Both the position numbers and the translations under genes were made by a program. This document shows positions 9,908-19,789 of a stretch of 64,000 nt of DNA, piece by piece. Source of the DNA: Bacteroidales bacterium (GTDB lineage: Bacteria; Bacteroidota; Bacteroidia; Bacteroidales; GCA-2748055); contig JAOZQY010000001.1 of NCBI GenBank assembly GCA_029931975.1, positions 24,003 through 88,002 on the forward strand, read 5' to 3'. The notes beneath the pieces were generated by a model, which had not been told where the DNA came from, did no database searches, and worked only from the letters and a program-made list of their open reading frames with translations. Each line of letters opens with the position of its first letter. Position 1 is the stretch's first letter.

Positions 9908-10927
9908 CTACCTCATCAGGAAAGGGTACTTGTCTACGTTCCTAAGGGCTATCCCGGTACCTCGTGCCACCGCCTGCAAGGGGTCTTCGGCTATGTGGAA
10001 GGGGATGGATATCTTTTCTGCCAGCCTTCTGTCCAGTCCCCTGAGCAGGGCGCCACCTCCTGCAAGGTAGATTCCCTTGGTGACAATGTCGGCATAGAGT
10101 TCGGGAGGAGTCTGTTCCAGGACCGAGAGTATGGCTGTTTCGATTTTAGAAATGGATTTGTCAAGACAGTGACCAATTTCCTGGTAAGAGATTGGTATCT
10201 CTATAGGTAGTGCGGTCATAAGGTTCGGTCCGCGGACATAAAAATCCTGTGGTGGTTCATCAAGTTCGGGTAGTGCAGAGCCCACCTCAATTTTGATATT
10301 TTCTGCAGTACGCTCACCTATCTTGATATTATGCTGGTGCCTCATATAAGTCTGGATGTCGCTGGTAAATCCGTCACCTGCAACCCTGATCGACTGGTTA
10401 CAAACAATTCCCCCCAGAGCGATTACCGCAATCTCTGTGGTTCCTCCACCGATATCAACAACCATGCAGCCTTCCGGAGCCTCAACATCGAGCCCGATAC
10501 CAATTGCCGCTGCCATGGGTTCAAAGATCAAATAGACATCTCTGCCTCCAGCATGTTCAGATGAGTCCCTTACGGCGCGTCGCTCCACTTCGGTGCTTCC
10601 AGATGGAATACATACCACCATCTTTAGTGAAGGAGTAAAAAGTTTGCGTTTTGCATTAATCATCTTGATCATCCCCCTGATCATCAACTCTGAGGCCTGG
10701 AAATCGGCAATAACGCCGTCGCGCAGGGGTCTGATTGTTTTGATATCTTCATGGGTCTTGCCATGCATTTGCCTGGCTTTCTCTCCAATGGCTATCAGTT
10801 TTCCCGTATGTCGTTCAATAGCCACAATGGAGGGTTCATTAACAACCACTTTATCATTGTGAATGATTATCGTATTGGCAGTTCCCAGGTCAATGGCAAG
10901 TTCCTGCTGGAATGAAAACAATCCCAT
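9908..10927 (-). CDS. mreB: Rod shape-determining protein MreB (actin-like ATPase)
   Basis: Carries IDLGTANT, VVDIGGGTTE and GIYLAGGGALLRGLD. Confidence 0.95.
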   Translation of the reverse strand: MGLFSFQQELAIDLGTANTIIIHNDKVVVNEPSIVAIERHTGKLIAIGEKARQMHGKTHEDIKTIRPLRDGVIADFQASELMIRGMIKMINAKRKLFTPSLKMVVCIPSGSTEVERRAVRDSSEHAGGRDVYLIFEPMAAAIGIGLDVEAPEGCMVVDIGGGTTEIAVIALGGIVCNQSIRVAGDGFTSDIQTYMRHQHNIKIGERTAENIKIEVGSALPELDEPPQDFYVRGPNLMTALPIEIPISYQEIGHCLDKSISKIETAILSVLEQTPPELYADIVTKGIYLAGGGALLRGLDRRLAEKISIPFHIAEDPLQAVARGTGIALRNVDKYPFLMR

Positions 10928-10949
10928 ATGTTTTTTATGTTATAGTAGA

Positions 10950-12473
10950 TTAATGTTTAAAATGTCTGATTCCTGTGAAAACCATGGCCAAACCATGTGC
11001 ATCACAAAAATCGATGGAGTCCTGATCACGTACCGATCCTCCTGGTTGTACCACTGCCCTTATTCCTGCATTTAAAGCGATCTCCACACTGTCGGCAAAA
11101 GGAAAGAATGCATCGGATGCCATTACAGCACCTTCCAGGTTAAATTCAAAATTCCGGGCTTTCTCTATACTCTGTTTCAGTGCATCCACCCTAGAAGTTT
11201 GTCCCACTCCCGAAGCTACCAGTTGCTGGTTCTTGACAAGTACAATGGCATTGGATTTGGTATGTTTCACAATTTTATTGGCAAATACCAGATCGGCCAG
11301 TTGTTCGGGTGTGGCCGGTGTTTTGGTGGCCGGCTTCATCTCCGACTCCGTCTCCGTAGAGAGGTCGCGATCCTGTACAAGCACTCCATTTAGTGCGGTC
11401 CGGATTGTAATGTCCTCAGTAGTGTTGTTCTTCTGTATCAGGATAATCCTGTTCTTCTTTTGTTGCAGAACCTTTAAAGCATCTTCTGTATAGGATGGAG
11501 CAATCACCACCTCGAAAAAGATCTTATTCATCTCTTCGGCAGTTTCTACATCAATCTTCCTGTTGGTGATCAGAACTCCTCCAAAGGCAGAAACCGGGTC
11601 GCCTGCCAGGGCATCCTGCCATGCATTCACCAACTTTTCCCGGGTGGCCAGTCCACATGCATTGTTATGCTTCATCACAACGAAAGTGCAGTCTTCAAAC
11701 TCCTTGATTAACCCGACTGCTGCATCAATATCCAGCAGGTTGTTATAAGAGATCTCTTTTCCGTGAAGCTGTTCGAATAGTTCATCCAGGTCCCCGTAGA
11801 AATGTCCCTGCTGGTGGGGGTTTTCCCCGTAGCGCAGTTTCCTGGATTGTTTTTCACTTACTTTCAGGGCACTTTTCCGGTCCCCATCGAAGAATTTAAA
11901 AATCTCTGAATCGTAGTGAGATGACACATTGAATGCCTGTGCGGCATATACTTTTCGCTCTTCCAGGCTGGTATTGCCCTTGCCCGATTCAAGAAGTGCG
12001 AAGAGCGGGTCATACTGCTCACGGGACGATACTACAAGCACATCTTTGAAATTCTTGGCTGCTGCCCTGATCAGGGAGATCCCCCCGATATCAATTTTTT
12101 CAATAACTGCCTGCTCTTGGGCACCTGAAGCCAGGGTATCTTCAAAAGGATAGAGGTCCACGATTACCAGGTCAATCTCCGGAATCTGGTATTCGGTCAG
12201 TTGCTCCAGATCGCCAGATTCTTCCCGACGTGCCAGGATTCCTCCAAAAACCTTGGGATGCAGGGTCTTCACGCGTCCACCCAGAATCGAGGGGTAGGAG
12301 GTGAGTTTCTCCACTGTGTTAACAGGGATTCCAAGATCACCGATAAATTTTTGGGTGCCTCCTGTGGAATAAATAGAAATACCCAGTTCATGAAGTTTTT
12401 TTACAATTCGATCCAGTCCCTCTTTTGAGTAGACTGAAATCAATGCGTTGCTGATTGGTTTATTAGTGGACAT
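10950..12473 (-). CDS. purH: Bifunctional AICAR transformylase / IMP cyclohydrolase
   Basis: N-terminal MGS-like domain (ALISVYSKEGL, STGGT), a C-terminal AICARFT domain ending FTGIRHFKH, 507 aa. Confidence 0.95.
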   Translation of the reverse strand: MSTNKPISNALISVYSKEGLDRIVKKLHELGISIYSTGGTQKFIGDLGIPVNTVEKLTSYPSILGGRVKTLHPKVFGGILARREESGDLEQLTEYQIPEIDLVIVDLYPFEDTLASGAQEQAVIEKIDIGGISLIRAAAKNFKDVLVVSSREQYDPLFALLESGKGNTSLEERKVYAAQAFNVSSHYDSEIFKFFDGDRKSALKVSEKQSRKLRYGENPHQQGHFYGDLDELFEQLHGKEISYNNLLDIDAAVGLIKEFEDCTFVVMKHNNACGLATREKLVNAWQDALAGDPVSAFGGVLITNRKIDVETAEEMNKIFFEVVIAPSYTEDALKVLQQKKNRIILIQKNNTTEDITIRTALNGVLVQDRDLSTETESEMKPATKTPATPEQLADLVFANKIVKHTKSNAIVLVKNQQLVASGVGQTSRVDALKQSIEKARNFEFNLEGAVMASDAFFPFADSVEIALNAGIRAVVQPGGSVRDQDSIDFCDAHGLAMVFTGIRHFKH

Positions 12474-12539
12474 TGGTTTTATGGATAGTTCTTCCTAATT
12501 TTAACTTTCTTTGCAAAAGAAACAGTTTCCGCTGACATA

Positions 12540-13826
12540 ATGAAGTCAAAACGCAACAATTTATTAATGGTTATCATACGCTTAGTCTGGGAAAGTTTGA
12601 TCATGGCAATTCAGTCGGTTACTGTAAACCGTTTGCGGGCCATGTTATCCTTGTTGGGGATCACGATTGGTATCTTTGCAATCATTGCTTCATTTACCAT
12701 TGTGGACTCCCTTGAAAGCAATATCAGGGAGAGTGTTAACAGTCTTGGAAGTGACTTGTTGTACGTGGAGAAATGGCCCTGGGCTCCCCCTGAAGGAGAA
12801 AATGAATACCCCTGGTGGAAGTATATGAACAGGCCACTGGCTTCATTTGATGAATTTGAATATCTCAAGGATCATACAAAAGGTGCAAAGAATGTATGTT
12901 TCATGTCGTATGTGGGTCGCAGGCTCGAGTATGGCAATAACAATATTGAAGGAGCGGGTGTTGTTGGAGTGACCGAGGAGTTTAAGGATATAAGGGCATT
13001 TGAACTGGAGAAGGGAAGGTATTTCTCACCCATGGAACTCAAAGCAGGAAGGAATGTGGCGGTTATTGGATCTACCATCGCAAAGGATCTGTTTGAAGGG
13101 GCAAACCCTCTGGGAAAGTATATTGAGGTTTTTGGTAGCAAAGTTCTGGTTATTGGCGTGGTGGAAAAGGAGGGAAAAGGGACCTTCAGCGGACAAATAC
13201 TGGATGATGTTGCCATTTTACCACTTGACTTCTTTATGAACTATGTTGATATCCGGAAAGAGTATGCCAATCCACAGATCTGGGTGCAGGCCAAACCCAG
13301 AGTGGGAGTGGAGGAACTGACTTTCGAGGTTACTCAGATTCTCCGATCGCTCAGAAGGCTTAAACCACTGGATGAGGATAATTTTGCCCTGAATCAGACC
13401 AGCATTATCAATAACCAGCTGGATAAGCTGTTTGCAGTGCTGAAAATCGCAGGCATCTTTATCGGATTCTTCTCCATAATGGTAGGAGGTTTCGGCATTG
13501 CGAATATTATGTTTGTTTCTGTGAAGGAGAGGACCCATATCATTGGTATACAGAAGGCCGTTGGAGCAAAACAGTACTTCATCCTTCTGCAGTTCCTTTT
13601 TGAGTCGGTGATGTTATCTGTTGCAGGCGGTATTATTGGCTTGCTGATTGTATTTATTGGAGCCTCCATCATAAGCATGTCTGGTGATTTTACGGTGACT
13701 CTGACCATGAAAAATATTGTACTGGGCATAGGGATTTCCAGTGTCATCGGGCTGGTTAGTGGAATTTTCCCTGCATGGCAGGGAGCCAGAATGAATCCGG
13801 TGGTGGCGATTAACTCCTCCTTCTGA
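12540..13826 (+). CDS. ABC transporter permease, MacB/FtsX-like
   Basis: N-terminal TM helix, a large periplasmic domain, and a C-terminal FtsX-type four-helix region (RTHIIGIQKAVGAK). Confidence 0.85.
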   Translation: MKSKRNNLLMVIIRLVWESLIMAIQSVTVNRLRAMLSLLGITIGIFAIIASFTIVDSLESNIRESVNSLGSDLLYVEKWPWAPPEGENEYPWWKYMNRPLASFDEFEYLKDHTKGAKNVCFMSYVGRRLEYGNNNIEGAGVVGVTEEFKDIRAFELEKGRYFSPMELKAGRNVAVIGSTIAKDLFEGANPLGKYIEVFGSKVLVIGVVEKEGKGTFSGQILDDVAILPLDFFMNYVDIRKEYANPQIWVQAKPRVGVEELTFEVTQILRSLRRLKPLDEDNFALNQTSIINNQLDKLFAVLKIAGIFIGFFSIMVGGFGIANIMFVSVKERTHIIGIQKAVGAKQYFILLQFLFESVMLSVAGGIIGLLIVFIGASIISMSGDFTVTLTMKNIVLGIGISSVIGLVSGIFPAWQGARMNPVVAINSSF

Positions 13827-13834
13827 TCACAGCG

Positions 13835-15196
13835 TTAAATGAATATTCCATAGAGGACCCTTCCCATCAGGAAATAGATGAAGAGGCCCATGATATCATT
13901 CATGGTAGTAATAAATGGTCCGGTGGCCAGGGCGGGATCTATCTTCATCCTGTTCAATAACAAGGGAATCAGTGTTCCAAAGAGGGCGGCAAAAATAATC
14001 ACTATGAATAGCGAAGAACTCACAGTAAAGGTGAGTGCCAGATTGTGACTGATGAAGAAGTTATACAGAAAAAGAATTCCCGAGAGAATCATTCCATTCA
14101 GCAGGGCTACAATAAGTTCTTTTCCCAGTTTCCGGTAGGTGCTTTCCAGTCCCAGGCTGTTGCTGGCGATGCCCTGTACAATGATGGCGGATGACTGTAT
14201 ACCCACATTTCCTGCCATGGCGGCAATCAGAGGAATAAAAAAGGCCATTTCGGGATTGATCTTGATATCCTCTTCAAACCTGCCTATGACAGCTGCCACC
14301 ACAATTCCTCCCAGGAGTCCGATAATGAGCCATGGCAACCTGGCACGGGACAAGCGGGAGGGTGAGTCGGTGGTCTCCACATCGGTGGTGATACCTGAAG
14401 CCAGCTGGTAGTCTCTTTCGGCTTCATCCCTGATCACATCTACCACATCGTCGATGGTGATCCGGCCCATCAGCCGGCCAATGGAGTCGGTTACCGGCAA
14501 TACAATCAGGTCATATTTTTCCATGATCTGGGCAACCTCTTCGGAGTCCGTGTCTGTCCGAACAGAGCGCACTTCGGCATCATAAATATCTTTGACCCTG
14601 GTGGAGGCGCTGGCCAGTAAAAGCGCCTTCAGGGAGAGAACTCCCAGCAGCACATTTTCATTATTAACCACGTAGATATAGTAAATTTCGTCCAGATCCT
14701 CGGCCTGCTTACGCATTTCCCTGATACAGGTGGCCACCCCCCAGTTCTCATTCACCCGGATCAACTCTTTGGCCATCAGTCCCCCGGCCGTATCTTCATC
14801 GTAACTTAGCAGGTCGACAATATCTCCAGCCTGTTCCACATCATCAATATGCAACAGCACCTCCTGTTTTTTCTCTTCTGCCAGGTCGCCAATCACATCG
14901 GCCGCATCGTCCGATTCCATATTGTCGATAAACTGGCTGGCAATGATTTCCGAAGGGAGCGCCTTCAGAAAGGCTTCCCGTTCATCTTCCTCCAGTTCTA
15001 CCAGTACATCGGAGGCCTTCTCAGGATCGAGAAGCAGGTAGAGGTAGGTAGCTTCCTCCCGGGAGAGGTTTCCGTAGATTTCGGCAATATCGGCAGGGTG
15101 AAGCTGGTCTAGCATCTCCAGGGCTGTACTGTCGGCCCTCTGATCAATAACAGACCTTAGTGCATTTATATACTCACGGGTCAGTTCGGTACTCAT
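13835..15196 (-). CDS. mgtE: Magnesium transporter MgtE
   Basis: MgtE N domain, tandem CBS region, and a C-terminal channel domain with DPALATGPFITTMNDI. Confidence 0.93.
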   Translation of the reverse strand: MSTELTREYINALRSVIDQRADSTALEMLDQLHPADIAEIYGNLSREEATYLYLLLDPEKASDVLVELEEDEREAFLKALPSEIIASQFIDNMESDDAADVIGDLAEEKKQEVLLHIDDVEQAGDIVDLLSYDEDTAGGLMAKELIRVNENWGVATCIREMRKQAEDLDEIYYIYVVNNENVLLGVLSLKALLLASASTRVKDIYDAEVRSVRTDTDSEEVAQIMEKYDLIVLPVTDSIGRLMGRITIDDVVDVIRDEAERDYQLASGITTDVETTDSPSRLSRARLPWLIIGLLGGIVVAAVIGRFEEDIKINPEMAFFIPLIAAMAGNVGIQSSAIIVQGIASNSLGLESTYRKLGKELIVALLNGMILSGILFLYNFFISHNLALTFTVSSSLFIVIIFAALFGTLIPLLLNRMKIDPALATGPFITTMNDIMGLFIYFLMGRVLYGIFI

Positions 15197-15204
15197 AACT
15201 CTGC

Positions 15205-15969
15205 CTATTGTTGAGATTCAACCCAATTTGTTAGTTCAATAAATTCCGGGACGCCAAGTTGTTCCGGGCGCTTTGACAGCAATTCAAAATCACTGTCCAA
15301 ATTTAATAAAATAGATTTGATTGAGTTCCTGATCATTTTGCGCCTTTGATTAAAGGCGGTTTTTACCAACTTGCGAAAGAGTATTTCATCGCAGGGCAGG
15401 GCCACCGTTTTGTTTCTGGTAAGCCTGATGACGCCTGAAGTGACCTTGGGAGGAGGGAAAAATGAGCCTGGTTTCACTGAGAAAAGGAATTCAATGTTAT
15501 AGTAGGCCTGCAAGAGTACGCTGAGTATCCCATATTCTTTGGAACCAGGAGGCGAGGCAATCCTGTGGGCTACTTCCTTCTGAATCATACATACTACTGA
15601 TGGAACACGCTGTCGGTAATCGAGCACATGGAAGAAGATCTGACTTGAGATATTGTAGGGAAAATTGCCAATTATGTGGAACGAACTGGTAATGTGCTCG
15701 TCAATATTAATTTTGAGAAAGTCCTTCTCAAGAATCATATCTTCCAGCACGGGCCAGTTGTGTTTCAGGTAGCTCACCGAGTCGCTGTCTATTTCCACAG
15801 GAATAAGGCGGATCTCCTTTTCGAGCAGGTACCTTGTAAGTATGCCGGTACCCGGGCCAATCTCAAGCACGGTATCGCCAGAATTAACATGCAGGGAATC
15901 CACGATTCGTAAAGCTATGGAATGATCAGTCAGGAAATGCTGACCAAGATGTTTTTTGGGTCGTACCAT
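15205..15969 (-). CDS. rsmA: 16S rRNA (adenine1518/1519-N6)-dimethyltransferase
   Basis: Carries KKHLGQHFL, VLEIGPGTGILT and IGNFPYNISS. Confidence 0.93.
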   Translation of the reverse strand: MVRPKKHLGQHFLTDHSIALRIVDSLHVNSGDTVLEIGPGTGILTRYLLEKEIRLIPVEIDSDSVSYLKHNWPVLEDMILEKDFLKINIDEHITSSFHIIGNFPYNISSQIFFHVLDYRQRVPSVVCMIQKEVAHRIASPPGSKEYGILSVLLQAYYNIEFLFSVKPGSFFPPPKVTSGVIRLTRNKTVALPCDEILFRKLVKTAFNQRRKMIRNSIKSILLNLDSDFELLSKRPEQLGVPEFIELTNWVESQQ

Positions 15970-16025
15970 TGTTTACCAAAGTTAAAATGATTTAGGTATT
16001 TTTGAGGATTAAATCTGCCATTGAC

Positions 16026-16499
16026 ATGATTAAACTCAAAAATCCCTATGCTGAATACCCCGGTTACAGCTGCTTTGGATGTAGCCCCACCAATCCGTCC
16101 GGATTGCATATGGAGTTTTTTAAGGAAGGAGATGAGCTTATTTGCAAGTGGGATCCCGTAGAACATTACCAGGGTTTTCATGACATCCTGCATGGAGGAA
16201 TCCAGGCTACTATGATGGATGAAATAGCCAGCTGGGTGGTTTTTGTGATTCTCGATACTGCCGGTGTGACCTATCAGTTGAGTACCCGGTTTCGCAAGCC
16301 GGTTCATATCTCAAAGGGCCTTATTACTGTTCGAGCAACCCTGGTGAAAAAGCAGAGGAGGATTGCCGAGATAGAGGCCCGCTTATATGATGGAGATAAG
16401 GTCCTGTGTGCCGAGAGCCAGGCCAATTATTTTATTATGCCACATGAAAAGGCTGTCTCCGACTTCCATTTTCCAGGCAAGTATGCATTTTTGAAATAA
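16026..16499 (+). CDS. PaaI/hotdog-fold thioesterase family protein
   Basis: CFGCSPTNPSGL near the N-terminus and the HGG context (LHGGIQATMMDE) of hotdog thioesterases. ATG at 16026 is preferred over TTG at 16002. Confidence 0.65.
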   Translation: MIKLKNPYAEYPGYSCFGCSPTNPSGLHMEFFKEGDELICKWDPVEHYQGFHDILHGGIQATMMDEIASWVVFVILDTAGVTYQLSTRFRKPVHISKGLITVRATLVKKQRRIAEIEARLYDGDKVLCAESQANYFIMPHEKAVSDFHFPGKYAFLK

Positions 16500-16504
16500 A
16501 CTAA

Positions 16505-17677
16505 ATGAGATACGATTTTGATACCCTTATTGACCGAAAGGGAACAAACAGTGTGAAATATGACCTGTCAGGGAAATTTTTCGGAACCAAGGATGTGCTT
16601 CCCATGTGGGTGGCTGATATGGATTTCCCTGTGGCCGGATTTATTCTGGAGGCCATTGAAGAAAGATTGAAGCATCCCTTCCTGGGCTACACATTTCGGT
16701 CGGCTGGTTTTTCAGAGAGTGTGGCTTCCTGGCTGGAGCGCAGGCACAAATGGAGCATAAGTACACATGCTATTGGATTCAGTCCGGGCATTGTTCCTGC
16801 ACTCAATATGGCCGTGATGGAGTTTACCGATCCGGGCGACCGGGTGGTGGTTCAGCCACCTGTCTATTTCCCATTTTTCTCGGCTATTTCAAATCATGGG
16901 AGGGAGCTTGTATATAATCAGCTTGTGAGGAAAAATGAGCGTTATGAAATGGACCTTGATCACCTGGAGGGGCTCTTCAGGGAGGGAGTGAAATTGTTTT
17001 TTCTCTGCAATCCGCACAATCCGGTAGGCAGGGCATGGTCGAAGAAAGAACTTGAACAGCTGGCTGCATTGTGTTTGAAATATCAGGTTTTGGTGATCAG
17101 TGACGAGATCCATTCTGATCTCCTCCTTTTTGGGAATCGTCATATTCCTTTTGCATCCCTTGGAGAAGATATTGCCGATCTGACCCTGACCTGTATGGCA
17201 CCCAGTAAAACCTTTAACCTGGCCGGACTCTATACTTCTGTAGTGATTGCCACAAACCCGGGAATCAAAAAGAGATATGAAAAAATTCTTGATGTGGTTC
17301 ATGTGGGGGGGGATAATATCCTTGGGCAGGTTGCTCTGGAAGCGGCATATACAGATGGGGATGAATGGCTCGATCAACTATTGGCCTACCTGGAAAAGAA
17401 TTATAAGAATTTTTGCTCATTTTTGAATGATGCTGTTCCGGAACTGCTCATTTCCCCGCTGGAGTCCACTTACCTGGCATGGCTCGATTTTTCTTTTCTA
17501 CAGCTCGATGATGAAACGCTTAGGAATTTCATTATACATAAAGCTGGACTTGGCTTGAATGATGGACCCATGTTTGGTCCTGGAGGAGCGCAGCATCAGC
17601 GTTTAAATATAGCATGCCCGGAGAAAATCCTGATGGAGGGAGCCGGACGATTGGTAGAGGCTATACGGAAGGCCTGA
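16505..17677 (+). CDS. MalY/PatB-family PLP-dependent C-S lyase (cystathionine beta-lyase-like aminotransferase)
   Basis: N-terminus YDFDTLIDRKGTNSVKYD, plus CNPHNPVGR and the SKTFNLAGL PLP-lysine context. Confidence 0.85.
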   Translation: MRYDFDTLIDRKGTNSVKYDLSGKFFGTKDVLPMWVADMDFPVAGFILEAIEERLKHPFLGYTFRSAGFSESVASWLERRHKWSISTHAIGFSPGIVPALNMAVMEFTDPGDRVVVQPPVYFPFFSAISNHGRELVYNQLVRKNERYEMDLDHLEGLFREGVKLFFLCNPHNPVGRAWSKKELEQLAALCLKYQVLVISDEIHSDLLLFGNRHIPFASLGEDIADLTLTCMAPSKTFNLAGLYTSVVIATNPGIKKRYEKILDVVHVGGDNILGQVALEAAYTDGDEWLDQLLAYLEKNYKNFCSFLNDAVPELLISPLESTYLAWLDFSFLQLDDETLRNFIIHKAGLGLNDGPMFGPGGAQHQRLNIACPEKILMEGAGRLVEAIRKA

Positions 17678-17723
17678 TCTTTTCGTATATTTAGGAAGTA
17701 AAGGGGATATTAACAAGCAACAG

Positions 17724-18869
17724 ATGAAGCTCAGGTTTTCTTTCACTTTTAAGATCTTATTGCCATACCTGGTATTTGCTCTTTTATTTTTCGTAGTATT
17801 TCTGAGTGAGTTTAATAAGGCTCACACTCTGGTTCCATATTTGTCTGTGGCCGGAATGGTGGCAGCACTTTTTTTTGGAATGATTCAGCTTTTATGGCTG
17901 AAGAAGCGACTGGACCGCGTCAAAGGACTGGTGGGTCAGCTTACGAGGGGGAATATTCCCAATTTTAAAGCAAGTAAGGTTAAGGATGAAACAGGTCAGC
18001 TGGAGATCAGCCTGGAGAAACATGTTTCCAATCTTAAAAATATCGTAGCTTTTTCAAGGTCCATGGCCACGGGCGATTTCACTGGACGATATGAGAAATT
18101 AAGTAGTGAGGATGAAATTGGAGATGCATTGAACAGGCTGAAAGCCAGCCTGATGAAATCTATGAAGGAAAGTGAAATCAGGCGACGTGAGGAGGAGAAT
18201 CGCACATGGTCAGCTCAGGGTCTTGCCAAGTTCAGCTCTCTCTTCAGAGAGGTTGAGGATAATCTTCATGACCTTTCTGCCTTGCTGATGAGAGAGTTGG
18301 TCAATTATACAGAAGCAGATATCGGGGCTCTTTTTATTACAATGGATGAAGGAGATGAAGAGGATACTTATCTGAAGGTTGCGGGAAGTTTTGCTTTTGA
18401 CAGGGAGAAGCAGATCTTTCGATCTTTTAAGTTTGGAGAGGGACTTGTGGGACGATGTGCCATGGAAAAGGAATTGATCTATGTGACAGATCTGCCATCT
18501 GATTATATAAAAATTCGTTCCGGATTGGGTGAGGATGCGCCTTCTTCCATCCTTCTTGTTCCAGTGTTGCTTGATAATCAGGTATTGGGCGTCATGGAAT
18601 TGGCTTCATTGGGTGAGATGCCTTCTTTTCAGATTGAATTTATAAGGCAGCTGTCAGATGCGCTTGCCACCACTCTGGCCAAAGTGAAGGCAAATCTGCA
18701 AAACAGAAGGCTATTCGAACAGACCAAGAAGCAGGCTGAGGAACTGGCCTCCCAGGAGAATGTGTTCAGACAAAATATGGAGCAATTGCAAGAAGCACTT
18801 GAGCGCTCCGTTGTAAAAGAAGCCGCCTTACTCAAAGAGATTGAAACACTTCGAAAGGGATTATCCTGA
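17724..18869 (+). CDS. Membrane-anchored HAMP/GAF domain protein without recognisable output domain
   Basis: Two N-terminal TM helices, HAMP-like linkers (ATGDFTGRYE), then a GAF-like core (LVGRCAMEKELIYV ... VLGVMELASL) flanked by coiled coils. Confidence 0.65.
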   Translation: MKLRFSFTFKILLPYLVFALLFFVVFLSEFNKAHTLVPYLSVAGMVAALFFGMIQLLWLKKRLDRVKGLVGQLTRGNIPNFKASKVKDETGQLEISLEKHVSNLKNIVAFSRSMATGDFTGRYEKLSSEDEIGDALNRLKASLMKSMKESEIRRREEENRTWSAQGLAKFSSLFREVEDNLHDLSALLMRELVNYTEADIGALFITMDEGDEEDTYLKVAGSFAFDREKQIFRSFKFGEGLVGRCAMEKELIYVTDLPSDYIKIRSGLGEDAPSSILLVPVLLDNQVLGVMELASLGEMPSFQIEFIRQLSDALATTLAKVKANLQNRRLFEQTKKQAEELASQENVFRQNMEQLQEALERSVVKEAALLKEIETLRKGLS

Positions 18870-19051
18870 TCCACCAATACATTTTGTCAGCCCGAACAGG
18901 GCTGCGCATGACAATATGACACCGAATAAGGCCGATAGTATGCCATAATGACAGCTAAACCTCTTGTTTTTGCTTCTGGTACATGGTTTGACCTGTGCTG
19001 TTCAGAGATTTTAAACATAAACATGAACAAAACAAATAGGAGGAAAGAGAA

Positions 19052-19480
19052 ATGTTAGCAAAAATCAACAGAAATTACCTTCCTGCTTACTGGGATGATT
19101 TTTTCAACGACAGTTTTTTCAATCAGATGAAAAGCACAGGTGATATGGGTATCGCTCCGGCAGTGAATGTGTCTGAAGACGATAAGGGATATACCATTAA
19201 AGTGGCAGCTCCCGGAATTCAAAAGAAGGATTTTCAGCTGGAGGTGGACAATGATGTACTGACTATTTCAAGCGAGCAAAAAGCGAGCAATGAGGAGCAA
19301 AAGCAAACTTTTCTGCGAAGGGAGTTTAGTTTTCAGACATTCAAAAGGAGTTTTCATCTTCCTGAAACCATTGACCAGAAACAGATTAAAGCCACACATG
19401 AGGCAGGGATTTTTACTCTGACACTTCCCAAGAAAGAGGAAGAGATTCAGAAGGCTCCCAGGCAGATTGAAGTGAAATAG
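19052..19480 (+). CDS. Hsp20/alpha-crystallin small heat-shock protein
   Basis: PAVNVSEDDKGYTIKVAAPG and the alpha-crystallin core ending GIFTLTLPK. Confidence 0.9.
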   Translation: MLAKINRNYLPAYWDDFFNDSFFNQMKSTGDMGIAPAVNVSEDDKGYTIKVAAPGIQKKDFQLEVDNDVLTISSEQKASNEEQKQTFLRREFSFQTFKRSFHLPETIDQKQIKATHEAGIFTLTLPKKEEEIQKAPRQIEVK

Positions 19481-19526
19481 TGGCTGGTGAAAAAGGGAAT
19501 AGTGTTTAGTTAGCTAGGTTTGAAGA

Positions 19527-19555
19527 GGCAGGGTCTGATCAGGTTCCTGCCTTTT
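19527..19555 (+). terminator. Putative intrinsic terminator after hsp20
   Basis: GGCAGG (19527-19532) pairs with CCTGCC (19546-19551) and is followed by TTTT. Confidence 0.55.
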
Positions 19556-19730
19556 GATTATATCTCATTTTTCCCCAGGTCATCACGATTACCCCGGCAG
19601 TGGTCAGGATGATGTCCATAAATTCCACGCTGTTAAAACGTTTTCCCAGGAATCTTAACCCCAGAGAGGAAAGCAAGTGTAATACCTTTGACAGTGGGGT
19701 TGTGCTTCGAAAAAAAGTCTTTCATAGAAA

Positions 19731-19762
19731 TAAAAAAACCGGTGCGCATGTGGCGTACCGGT
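19731..19762 (-). terminator. Intrinsic terminator after pgi
   Basis: 10-bp stem spanning 19738-19762 (ACCGGTGCGC / GGCGTACCGGT, one G-T pair, 5-nt loop). On the minus strand it is followed by a run of seven T (A-run 19732-19738 on plus). Confidence 0.7.
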
Positions 19763-19789
19763 CCTTTAACATGGTATGTGATAAAATGT

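Noticed and set aside
12506-12522. 17-nt palindrome TTTCTTTGCAAAAGAAA in the divergent purH / ABC-permease intergenic region, possibly an operator or a Bacteroidota-type promoter element (contains TTTG)
   Set aside because: The arms are AT-only and just 7 bp. The match to the TAnnTTTG -7 consensus is imperfect, and there is no second copy elsewhere in the window to suggest a regulon motif.
19633-19725. 30-codon ORF (MKDFFSKHNPTVKGITLAFLSGVKIPGKTF) starting right after the pgi terminator on the minus strand. A hydrophobic continuation (NSVEFMDIILTTAGVIVMTWGK) is reachable by a -1 shift.
   Set aside because: It is too short, needs a frameshift to give a plausible small membrane protein, and shows no recognisable family or promoter.
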